This document shows positions 34,616-47,637 of a DNA stretch of 64,000 nucleotides, piece by piece. The position numbers were made by a program, and so were the translations under genes. Positions within the stretch are counted from its first letter, which is position 1. Each line of letters opens with the position of its first letter. Where the stretch lies: assembly GCF_009914755.1 (NCBI RefSeq), contig NC_060926.1. One strand, 5' to 3'. The notes under the pieces were generated by a model. That model had not been told where the DNA came from, made no database searches, and worked only from the letters and a program-made list of their open reading frames with translations. Source of the stretch: the human T2T-CHM13v2.0 reference genome, Homo sapiens.

Positions 34616-35962
34616 CAGTTTACCCTCAAACAGCACGGGTTTGAACTCCATGGGTCTACATGGATTTTTTTCAATAAATAATATTGGAAAATTGGGAATT
34701 TGCAACAATTTGAAAAAACTTGTAGGTGAGCTGTAGCCTAGAAATATTGAAAAAATTAAGAAAAAATTGGATATGTCATGAATGCATAAACTATATATAG
34801 ATATTAGTCTATTTTATCATTTACTGCCATAAAATGTACATAAATCTATTTTTAAAAGATAAAAATTTTAAAAAGTTAGGCACACAAACAGACAATATGT
34901 GGCTCTATTTGCAGTTAAGAGAAAATGTAAATAAACAAATGTAAAGGTACATAAAATTAATTTTAATAATACGTAACTGTACTGCTGTGATAATTTTGTA
35001 GCCACCTCCTGTTGCTATTGCAGTGAGCTCACATGTTATGAGTATCCACGTAAAATGCTGTGTGACACCTGTCATCTCTGAACAGTTTGTCTCTCCAGTA
35101 AATTACATATTGCGGTAAAAGAGGTTCTGGCATATTTTTACCGTATTTAGTGCGATACTGGAAACTTGGATTAATACCATGGGACCCATACAAAGTGCCT
35201 CTAGTGATGCCAGAAGTGCTCCCAAGAAGCAGATGAAAGTTGTGATGTTACAAAAAAAAGTTGAATTGTTTGATATGTACTGTAGATTGAGGTCTGTAGC
35301 TACAGTTGCCCATTTCAAGATAAATGAATCCAGTGTAAGGTTCAGTGTGAAAGAAGAAAAAGACATTTGTGAAGTCATCGCTGCAGCTATACCAGCAGGC
35401 ACAAAAACCTTGCACTTTATCTCATATTGAAAATGAAGCTTTTATGTGAATGCAGGATTGCTGTAAGAAAGGCATACCTATGGACTCTAATATGATTGGA
35501 GAGAAGCTTAAAGCAAAGGGAAGGTGAAGGATCTAAAGCCAGAGAATTTAATGCCAGCGAAAGACAGAAATTGTGGTGTATTTCTGTAAAGTTACACCAG
35601 GTGTTGCCTGCCTCTCCTGCCTCCTCTTTTGTGTCTTCCAACCTGAGACAGTAAGACCAACCCCTCTTCCTCAGCCTACTCTGTATGGAGACCTTTATGA
35701 TGATCCACTTCCACTTAATACTAGTAAATACATTTTCTCTTCCTTATGATTTTCTTAATAGTTTCTTTAGCTTACTGTGTTGTAAAAATACAGTATATGA
35801 TACATATACAAAATATGTGTTGATTAACTGTTTATGTTACCAGTAAGGCTTCAGCGGTAAGCAGGTTCTGATCAACGATAGTTAAGTCTTAGGGGAGTAC
35901 TTGGATTTTCGACTGCATGGGGATCGGCACCCCTAGGCCCTGCGTTGTTCAGAGGTCACCTG
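34616..35962 (+). mobile_element. Tigger2-family DNA transposon, internally deleted, with a transposase remnant
   Basis: TIR-like ends CAGTTTACCCTCAAACAGCACGGG...CCCTGCGTTGTTCAGAGGTCACCTG-TA; ORF 35179-35430 resembles the pogo/CENP-B N-terminal HTH (KKQMKVVMLQKKVELFD...INESSVR). Confidence 0.85.
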
Positions 35963-37016
35963 TAAATTATTTGAAGTTTCTATAAAATAAAAAGATACCA
36001 AAAAAGTGAGGGTCTTATTTCTTCCAAATCCAATGATTTAGCATGTTATTGTTTTACTATACAAAATTATATAAATTTCATTTAAGTAAAAAATTGAAAA
36101 TGAAAAATCATAAATCATTATAAAATATTTAGTTGTTATATAAAATCGTAATGTAATATCCATATTGTTTATGACATATTCTTAAGCACAGAGAATGAAA
36201 AGTGTTATTTTAAGGGGAACATTAGAATTTAGAAGATATGCCTCTATGGCTTTAAAGTATTCTGCATATTTAATTACAGTAGAACTATATATAGACCACA
36301 CAACAACTTTATAAATCTAGATTACCCATTTGTTAGGATTTTATTTACTTACTGCTTCTGAAGACAACCAAATGTGATCTTCACTTTTAATAAAAACAGA
36401 AACCCTGCCACACCTAAGGGTTGATTGCACGTTGATAGCTTTTAAACATTTCACCTTTGGTATTAGAAACAGTAGTTTAAGCAGTCATGAGACCTCTATG
36501 GTTTGTCATATGATTTTGATTATTAATGAAGTATGGTTATAAGGTAACTGGTTGAAACCCTTTGATCTAGAGTGCCGTATCATTTAAAAGCTCGTTTCTA
36601 CCACTGTGGCCCAACAGTTATGTTTATGAAAACTGCACTTTTCATGTCTTCTGAAAGAAAGCTTTGGAATATTAAGAAAGATATTACGTAGTTGAATTCC
36701 GTCCTTAAATTGTGGGACCAGCTTAACAGTTGTATTTGCCAGGAATTTAATTTGTTTTTAAGATAATCCCGAATCATTTATAATTCAGAATTTTGAATAA
36801 ATTTACCCTTGGTCTTTTAACTTTATTTTCATAATTGAGACATTGTATTTGAAAAATTATATCTTGTCATTGGAAAAGTAATGAGAATGTCAGTGATGAG
36901 AAACTTATAACTTTGGATTTTTCTTAATAATGAAGAATATATTATACGTTTATGGCATTTCTCAGGCAAGTACTGTAGTGGTAAGTGATTGGAAAAAAAA
37001 GTGCTTATCATTTCAG

Positions 37017-37079
37017 GTTTTGAGATCACCATTGAACACCCACACACAGATGTGGTGAAATGTACCCAGTTAGTAAGAG
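37017..37079 (+). CDS. CCNT2: Cyclin T2 exon 5 ([21 protein letters not shown])
   Basis: 63 nt, CAG/GTAGGT; in frame. Confidence 0.97.
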
Positions 37080-37525
37080 GTAGGTGATCCTTGAAACTTT
37101 TAAGATAAGTATTAATGCTTTTTATTATCTGTAATTGATTTGGGTGCTATTTTGTTTTTCTAGCCTTTTGTTAGGTTTCATTAAAATTAGGGAGAAATGT
37201 CATTTTTTAAGCATTACTTTTTAGTGTTCTACATCTACTTCTATTTGTGATTCTACCTGGTATGTTAGCTTCCTTTAAACATAGGTAAGAATCTCATTTC
37301 ACTAAAACTCCGGAGGGCTTCCAAGTATTAGGACTCTATCCATCCCCCATTGAGCTTTGCTAGTCCCATTTCAGTCAAGTGTGGGCCAATAGTGCATAGG
37401 TTCAGAAAATAATATTAATTTTGGGTTTGTGTCAAACTTTGACTTTTTGAAAAGTGATAACAGTTGAAGAATTTTGAGGCCAACCTCAGACCTTTCAGAT
37501 AAAAATTGCCTTTGTTAAAAGATTT

Positions 37526-37817
37526 GTCAGTACGGTGGCTCCCACCTGTAATCCCAGCATTTTGGGAGGCCAAGGCAGGCTGATCGCTTGAGCTCAGGAG
37601 TTCGAGACCAGCCTGGGCAACATGGTGAAACCCCATCTCTACAAAAAACACAAAAATTAGCTGGTTGTGGTGGTACACGCATGTAGTCTCAACTATTCAG
37701 GAGGCCAAGGTGGGAGGATGGCTTGAGCCCAGTAGTTGGAGGTTGCAGTGAGCCCAGATCATGCCCCTGCACTCTACCTTGGGCAGCAAGAGTGAGACCC
37801 TATCTCAAAAAAAAAAG
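37526..37817 (+). mobile_element. AluJ
   Basis: Alu consensus sequence. Confidence 0.85.
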
Positions 37818-40504
37818 TTATTTTTGTGGGGGGAGTGTTTTGCCCATATTCATTTGGGCAATCTAAAATTGATTTAATGTATTTTTCGAGGGTCTTTGAC
37901 ATTACTAAAAGTGGTTTCCTTTTTGTAACGGAGAAATAATTATAGAGCATAATACATTTAGTTTGTGATGTGCCTGTTAAGCGTCTTGTTTATAAACAGG
38001 AGTACTTTTTAAAAATATTGCTTTACTGCTTGTAAAGTATCTGGTAGTATCTGATACAGCATTTTCTACTCCTAAATGAATCCTATATATCTGTTGTATC
38101 CCTAGAAATATTTTTTACACAGTTGCATGTTGTTCTGCTTCTTACTTCCACTTTCCTGTTTCCATTTCAAGTGTTAATGTATTCATAGCAACCACTTGGG
38201 ACTTGTAATGTGCCATTTTCTGTTACTTCCTTTTTGAAAATAGAATTTTGCAGTTTCATTCATTTACTACCAAGTTTTTTTAGATTTATCCTAAACAAAA
38301 TGAGTACGACTTTTGAAAATCTTCTGTTTTTAGTATTTACCTAAGTATTCTCACATTTTATTCATTCTAAATTGAATTCATTTTATACCTAGTGATTTAT
38401 TATGTTAGTGGCTACAATTTTTTAAAAACTGTCTGATAGTGTCATTAGGAAGTAGACATCTGAAAATCTAATTTGTATTTTTTTGTAGTAGCACACGTTA
38501 TCATTTGTAAGCTAGAACATATTTAACTGTGGTTCCTGTTCTTCATGGTTATATCAGCGTGTTTTATAGCACATTTTCATCTGAATATTACAGTATAGCA
38601 TAGAATTATATGCATAACTAGTTGTAGTTGTTGAATTAAGGAAAAAGGGTTAGTTTTTTCTAAAAACTTGAAAAAGGTTAAGCTAAACTTTGTAAGCATT
38701 GTAGCCATATAATTTGCTTTAAATTAAGAGCCTATTGAAGAAACATTAGTTGAAGGAAGTACTAGTATATGTTTAAAAATATTACTTGTGAATATTAACT
38801 TAGGAAATTGGATTTTCAGGTTACTGTTGTGAAATTTGAGTCAACTTTAAATTCTTTATCAGAGATTAATATTTTTTGTACAAGTTCTCCTACAACTAAA
38901 AATTCTAGAGACATGAAGTCAGTTTACTTGAAAAATGAAATAGTAACTTTTAAAACATTTACAAAAACTACAAATTTGATATGTCATCCAAAACAAATAT
39001 TTAGACCAGATTATTTGTTGTTGTTAATGTTAAAATGTGACTGATTCTTTGAGTACAAACCATATATATGTTTAATGTCATTTTGTCTGACTAACATTTC
39101 AGGTAACTAGAATATATCTCACTCCATTTTAAAAGTACTGTTTCATGTTTTAGTGTCTTTTTGTTTTCTTTGCTCTTTTACAACTTTTAGCTAACAGCAT
39201 TTCCCCTCTATTCTCTGTTGCACAGTGACTGTTTCTGGATCACTGAATTTAGATACATGCCTAGGTGAAAACTGCTAATGGCATTTTTTAATTATTATTT
39301 TTTCCTTCTCTACGTATTTTTATTCGGAGGGGGAGGGGAAAATAAATTTGATTTCTGTGAAGTCTTTTTCTCCCCTCTGGAGATGAGAAAGTTGGTATTA
39401 TGCTACTTTGCTGCAGAATTGGCTAATGTCATTTTACAGGGACCTTCACTTCTGTGATTTCTCCTTCCCTCCCCACCAGGAAAGTCACACTGCCTCCAAG
39501 ACATCTGATGCTTTGACACTCTTCCTTAGCACAACTCTGCTAAACCCCAATCCCTTTTGTAAAACCTTTATGTTGATGATCCACATGGGGCAGCAGGGAT
39601 TACAGGTGCCATGAATAAAAAATAGGGGAGGGGGAAAGAAATTTGAGGACGGTTAGAGGGGTGGAGTTGAGATAAACTGATCCTAGGTGAGCAGAGGGGA
39701 AAGATATGTCAGTGCTTGTGGATGTAATTGGGAAAAAGGGAAACTATAACAAGAGCATCCCTGTTGGGAAGACTAAGAGGCAGAATAAGGGGAGGGAAAA
39801 CTTTTCAGTGTCTTAAGCTAATTAAAAATTGCCTTTCTGTTGGGTATCAGTGTTGAAGCATTCTGATCCTCCCTAGAATACCTGTATCTTTCCTAAGTTA
39901 GTCTTTAATTAGATTCTGTAATTTGAACTAAAATACAGTGGAGCCTCCTGTATCTGTACCCGTATGCTGTTTCTAGGTTTATTCTCTGTTGATGCTTAAT
40001 AGCATGATGAAAAACTGAGCAGTTTGTGCTCTGTGTTTTGTGGGGTGGGGGTTTGTTTTGTTTTGTTTTTGATGGAAGTATTTAAGCCAACTTAAATATG
40101 ACTGAGGATTAAGTCTGGCAGGCAACTCTTTGTATTTTGTATTAGACTTCAAAATCTTTTCTTCTTCTTCTTCTTTTTTTTTAAATCCAGGAGAATGCTT
40201 TATTGCAACTTTTAGCTGACTAGATGCTTAACTTAGTAACAAGTTTAGCCCTTGTAACTGGCTAGCTAAAAGCAAATCGGCTTGTTTCTCAGATCTTTGG
40301 GGGATAGCAAGAAACATTTGAGTGAATGTTGTTGAAGATTTTCAGTAGTATAGAAAATGATGGCGCTCTTGTGATATTTGTAAGTAGTAAGTAAAATTTA
40401 CTTTTTGTGTACAAATCTTTGAAGTTTTTGTTGTGTTGAGAACTTTTTGATTGTAGCACGTTAAGGCTGATAGTATTGTCTTCGTTTTTTTTTTTTTCTT
40501 ACAG

Positions 40505-40550
40505 CAAGCAAGGATTTGGCACAGACATCCTATTTCATGGCTACCAACAG
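40505..40550 (+). CDS. CCNT2: Cyclin T2 exon 6 (ASKDLAQTSYFMATNS)
   Basis: 46 nt after a long T tract and CAG; weak donor CAG|GTTGTT; frame joins exon 7. Confidence 0.95.
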
Positions 40551-42138
40551 GTTGTTATCCTGACCCTCTTTGTTGCACTGTTGTAGCACACTATAGCTTC
40601 CTTTAATGCAGGGCCCCCTCAATGTGTCTCTTACCCTTGTTGCGACAGGAGACTGGACCATCTACTGTGGTGGTACCTTCCTGTTTGCTTTGCGGTGTAT
40701 TGTACAAGGGACTTTGGGCACAGAGGGGTTAAATGCACAATGTGAAGTGTAGTGGTGCTTTCTGATGACATATTCTCGATTTGTGAGTGCATAAGTCTAA
40801 AATTGGTAGCCTGAATAGCAGCTAAAGATTACAAAGAGCTAAACTTAACGTAGAAATTCGAGCAACTTGGTAAGTATAAAGCTATTTCCAGTTTACAATT
40901 ATAGTTAAATGACAATTTTTAAAATTTCACGTTGATCCAGTCTTAACTTTAAAATACTCATTAAAGTTTTTTTAATAAATAAAATTTATGTAATTTGAAA
41001 TTTTTTTTCAGATAATACCCACTAGTAGCAAGTTAAAAGTAGTCAAGTCCTATCCATGCCTGGATTTGCATAAACACAATTTTTCCTTTTTTTTTTTTTT
41101 AAACAAAAAAACCTTCCTTTTCAGTTTATATAGAGTAAAAAATGGTATGTGTTTATGGCTGAACAGATAACATTTCCATCATTGAAACTGAACTGGAAGA
41201 ATAGTCTTAAGGAGCCTTTAATATATAATTCTGTTCTAGATTTATTAATGATTTAAATTTGTCTTTTTGAGTGGATCATTGGGGAGAAGGGACCAAACCA
41301 GCTTTGTATGGTCCCTAATTTCTTGTGACACTGATAAGTTTTATTTACAATTTCACATTGGCAAATACTGCTATATTTTCTCAAATATCTGTTGTTGGTA
41401 TTTAACCTCTATCCCCAGTAATTCTGAACAGCAACATAAAAAGACTTAAATTTGGAACTTTGATTAGAAAAGGCTAGCTGTGACACATATTTCATGCCCC
41501 ATATTTGGCATATAGTGGAAGGAGAAAGGTAGTATTTTTGCAGTATTTAATAACATTGAGCCTTGAAGCTGTTTGGCAAAAGGTAAGTTTCCTTTGTGGC
41601 TTTGCTGAAAAACAAGGCATAGATTTACATAGATACGTGTTTAATTCTCTGCTTCACTAAAGAAAGCAAATGCCTATTAAGCCACTTCAGTTGGGATAAT
41701 CCCTGATTATTGTGAGATTGAAATTACTTTGTCAATTTTACAAATAGTTTTTATCTTTCCATTTACATATTTACCATGACATTACAAAAGAAAAATACCA
41801 CAAAAAATTTACAGTGTTATCTATATAGTGATTATTGCAAATATACTATCCTCCTCTCCTTTTATAAAATACTTCAATTTTAGATGTAAAAACAAAATTT
41901 TAAATATTAATATATTAGTAATATACTCGGGAGTGAGTGAGGGGAAATGTTCATTTTATGTAGATTTTTTAGTACTAGAATTTTATAACTTAGCTTTTAA
42001 TTTAATAAAATAAGGTTTTATACTCTAGACTTAAAGATAGAGTTTAAATTTTGCTCTAATCTTACTGGTAAATGTTTTTCTTTGTTTTACATACTTGAAT
42101 TTTTATGGCTCTCCATTTTCAAACCTGCTCTGCAACAG

Positions 42139-42302
42139 TCTGCATCTTACAACCTTCTGTCTTCAGTACAAACCAACAGTGATAGCATGTGTATGCATTC
42201 ATTTGGCTTGCAAATGGTCCAATTGGGAGATCCCTGTATCAACTGATGGAAAGCATTGGTGGGAATATGTGGATCCTACAGTTACTCTAGAATTATTAGA
42301 TG
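42139..42302 (+). CDS. CCNT2: Cyclin T2 exon 7 ([32 protein letters not shown]...LELLD)
   Basis: 164 nt, CAG/GTAAGT; second cyclin fold. Confidence 0.98.
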
Positions 42303-42444
42303 GTAAGTAGAGAAAATAAATTTTTAAGTTTGGAATTATCTAAGTTGGCAGTTGTCTGAATTGACAATAGAAAGTGTCAGTACACTATCAAATGAACAGA
42401 ATGAAAACAACAATTCATCAGCCTAAAGAAAAAAAAATAGAGTC

Positions 42445-42700
42445 TGGAAGCTGTGCTCATACCTGTAATCCCAGCACTGTAGGAGGCTGAGGCAGGAGGA
42501 TCACTTGAGCCCAGGAGTTCAAGACCAGGCTGGGCAACATAGACCCTGTCTCTACAAAAAAAAAGTTAAAAATTGACTGGGTGTGGTGGTGCGTGCCTAT
42601 AGTCTCAGCTACTTGGGAGGCTGAGGCGGGATGATCACTTGAGCACGGGAAGTCAGGGCTGCGGTAAGCCTTGAAGGCACTGCTCTACTCCAGCCTGGGT
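42445..42700 (+). mobile_element. AluJ
   Basis: Alu consensus sequence. Confidence 0.8.
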
Positions 42701-43120
42701 ATATATTAACTACCACCAAATATCTAAAGCTTTTTCAGGACTTAAAAAATAAATAAGGTTTAGAATTCCATAAGCTGACAAGATAAGAATAGTGATTTAA
42801 AGTATACTAATTCTGTTGAGTTTTAAATGTGTATACTGAAAGTTGAGTGTTAACTGTGAAGCAGTAAACGAAAGGGATTTTCAGGGGATTGTGTTTCTTG
42901 CTCTGTATTACCATTGTTGCCTTACATTGTTAAATATGAATACACAAGGAGAAATTGTGGGTGTGTGTTCTGTTAATTAGGAACGTGGAATTTTGGGGAT
43001 GTTTTGATGAGAAATTCCTCTGGTTGAGAAGTAAAAGAAGCCGGCCAGAAATGGGAGATTCTTGGGATTAGGGCATTTTAACCACGTACTGTAGATTTCA
43101 GCAAGAAAATAGATAACACT

Positions 43121-43685
<565 letters not shown>

Positions 43686-43699
43686 TGATGTTTCTTTAA

Positions 43700-43905
43700 G
43701 ATAGGGGTCTGCAAAGAGTAACACTATTTTAGAGTTTGTGAACTATAAGGTCTCTGTTGCAACTATACAACTATACCATTGCAGCCAGAAAGCAGCCATA
43801 GGCAATTTGTAACTGATTGGGTGTGACTGTGTTCCAGTAAAACTTTTGTTGACAAAAATAGGTGGCCAGCCATATTTGGCCAATTATCCATAGTTTGCCT
43901 GTTCT
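43700..43905. mobile_element. MER58-like hAT-Charlie MITE
   Basis: ggggtctgcaaa ... gcagccataggcaat ... ctgttccagtaaaactt ... tagtttgcc pattern. Confidence 0.6.
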
Positions 43906-44195
43906 TATTTGTGAAATATGCTTCTTTGTTTCATCCTTTTCTATTTTGTTTTCCACCTGGAAAAAATTATCCCAGAATATATATCTCATGCTGTATTATT
44001 GCTGCATGATTATAATGTTTTTCTTAAATTGTTAGAGGCTTTTTCAGAGTTTATCCAGAGGAAAGGAAGTCTTCAATGAGTTGAAATGACATCTAAAACT
44101 CAGTGAGGGCTTATCTGTTCTATAGCTTGAAAAATCAGGTTATCTAGGTCATTGTTTTAGTTTAATAGTCACTAGATTAAGATTAGGTAGGCAAA

Positions 44196-45056
44196 ATTTT
44201 TTTTTCGGGGGGGGGGGGGTGGGGGACAGAGTCTCAGTCGCCCAGGCTATAGAGTGCGGTGGCGCAATCTCGGCTCGCTGCACCCTCCGCCTCCCGGGTT
44301 CAAGCAGTTCTCTGCCTCAGCCTCCTGAGTAGCTGGGATTACAGGTGCCCGCCACCACGCCTGGCTAATTTTTGTATTTTTAGTAGAGATAGGGTTTTCA
44401 CCATGTTGGCCAGGCTGGTCTTGAACTCCTGACCTCATGATCCACCCACCTTGGCCTCAAAGTGTTAGGATTACAGGCGTGAACCACCACACCCAGCCAG
44501 TAGGCATAATCGTAATAAAAATAGTTTATATACCTGGTGCTGAAGTAAAAAGATCACAGAAAAGTAATCTGCCTTTTATCCTGTCTTTAGGTCAGAGGTT
44601 AGGTTGTGGTTTATGTGGGGTTTTTTGACACAGGAGGAGCTACCTCATTTCCATTCTGAAAAGTAAAGTTTGTTAATTTGGAGAGCAATTGAATAGGAAT
44701 CTTGGAGAACTGATATGTTAAGACTTTCACCATGTTTTGCAGCAGCTTTTTTTTCTGTGTCAGTCACAAAAAGGCAATTCAAAATTAAAGACATGAAGGT
44801 GTGGCCGGGTGCAGTCACTCACATATCTTGAGCACAGGAGTTTGAGCCCAGCCTGAGCAACATGGCAAAACCACGTTTCTACTAAAAATACACACAAACC
44901 GGGCATGGTGGCGCACTCCTATAGACCCAACTACTGTGGAGGCTAAGGTGGGAGGATCACCTGAGCCTGAGACGTCAAGGTTGTAGTGAGCTGTGATAAT
45001 GCTACTGCTCTCCAGCCTGGGCAACAGAGGAAACCCTGTCTGGGGGGAAAAAAAAA
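44196..45056. mobile_element. AluS (-, 44196-44499, G-run in tail) and AluJ (+, 44803-45056)
   Basis: Alu consensus sequences. Confidence 0.85.
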
Positions 45057-45910
45057 GACATGAAGATTTATCTGAATTGTAGAGTGAAGTGATACTACTA
45101 TTCTTATTACTTACTGAAATAATTCACTTAATGATTGTGTTCCAGAAAAGAACATTGGCTTAGACAGTAGCTTTGAGAGAGAAGGGCCTCTATTTTAGGC
45201 ACATACTGTGATTTTTGTGCATATAGCTAATTAATTATGTTAATGGATTATTTAACAGATTCTTTTGTTGTTCTGCTATAAAATTTAATACAGTAGGATA
45301 CTTAAGAAAAACAAAGCTTACATTTTGTGTACGAGATTTTGGACCAGAACTTGAAGTGTATTTAATGTTTTACAACCAAGTTGTTAACAGAAATTGAGTC
45401 AAAACAGTTTTGTTAATGTTGGACCCAAAAGTAGAAAAATAGTCTTTTTTTTTTTCTTTTTTTTTCAAATGAGGAAGTAAAGGTCTGGGCATTAGGGTTT
45501 TTTTCATCCAAACTGGATGAAAAAGCTCATGAGACTTTAGCAGGGACTAGTCATGACATTGTCAAGGAAATTACATCTTGAAAGATTAATGGTTAAATTA
45601 TAGCTTGTCTGAAGTGTCGATCTTAACATTGGCTTAGAATAGTTTACAAAAAAGCTTGCTATTACAAAATGAACCTGTAGTCTCTATTAATAGAGGTTCC
45701 CCCAGTATTGAGGTGGAATTGGCATTATTAATATTATATAATATTCTGATGTATTTGACTGATGAATATTTGAGAGTGGCTAGTAACTATTAATGACATT
45801 ATTAGTTCATCAAAACCACACTACTTTGGAAAAGTGGGTCATTTGATTGTAATCAGAATTTTAAGAAAGTTGGTAGAAATTTACAATGAAGATAGTTTGC
45901 TAATATATTA

Positions 45911-46770
<860 letters not shown>

Positions 46771-47048
46771 TTTTTATTGGGGGGGGTGATTATTTTTAAT
46801 GCTACTAGATTTTCTAGAGATTCTAATTAAGCAAGTAAAATCAAGAGGGAAAGTAATCGTTACAAAAGGATTCAGCTTTGAAAATGCCGGTTGAGAGTTG
46901 TGTGTACTTCTGTGTATGCTGAGGATTTAATAGGAGGGTAAAAGTGAAGTAGATGAACTCCTAGCATTCCTTTTTAATACTGCCCACTTAAGAGAAATTT
47001 AAATCCTAAAGGCACCTTCTAAGTTTCAAATTTAAATTTTATTTTTAG

Positions 47049-47119
47049 AGCTAACACATGAGTTTCTACAAATATTGGAGAAAACGCCTAATAGGTTGAA
47101 GAAGATTCGAAACTGGAGG
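47049..47119 (+). CDS. CCNT2: Cyclin T2 exon 8 ([24 protein letters not shown])
   Basis: 71 nt, TAG/GTAAGA; in frame; region equivalent to the cyclin T1 Tat-TAR recognition motif. Confidence 0.97.
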
Positions 47120-47637
47120 GTAAGAGAATTGACAGGGTTTAACAGAATTTCAGTCTTTTGTGTAACATTTACATAGCTAACCAGTTTGAATTTTTGTGGT
47201 TAAATAATCTTTGCAGTATTCCTGAATAATTCAACGTATCTCAAGTTACATATACTCACATATTCAACTACTGAGTCCAGTGGACTTTGCTAAAGTACAT
47301 TATACTTTTAAAAAATTTTTTGCAGTGATTATGACAAAAGTATCCTCTTCATTTTACAAATGGGGAAACTGAAGCCTAGACAAGTTAAATTACTTTCTGA
47401 AGTGCTGGGCTAGGATTTAACTTGTATCTGATTCTAAAATGGGTGTTTTCAATTTTTTATAGCCTTTTATGCCTCTAAGGCATTTATTTACTGACAACAT
47501 AAAATCTTGAACCCCAGGTCATTTTATTTCCATATGTTTAATATATAATGTTTTTAATATATAACTTTTATAAGACAAGAAATTTGCATTAAATTATTTT
47601 GCTATATCACTGCTTCTTCTGTGTTTTATTTTAATAG

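Noticed and set aside
35179-35430. Tigger transposase ORF as a domesticated gene
   Set aside because: Only the N-terminal HTH remnant; frameshift/stops follow and the catalytic region is deleted
40555-40611. Cryptic U12 mini-intron (TTATCCTG ... TTCCTTTAAT GCAG)
   Set aside because: The 5' site lacks the RT start and terminal T's, the branch-like motif is too close to the AG, and the interval is too short
40585-40790. Intron 6 hairpin as a box C/D or H/ACA snoRNA
   Set aside because: CTGA/TGATGA occur together at 40762-40768 but not as a terminal C...D pair, and the fold is one long rod rather than hairpin-hinge-hairpin-ACA
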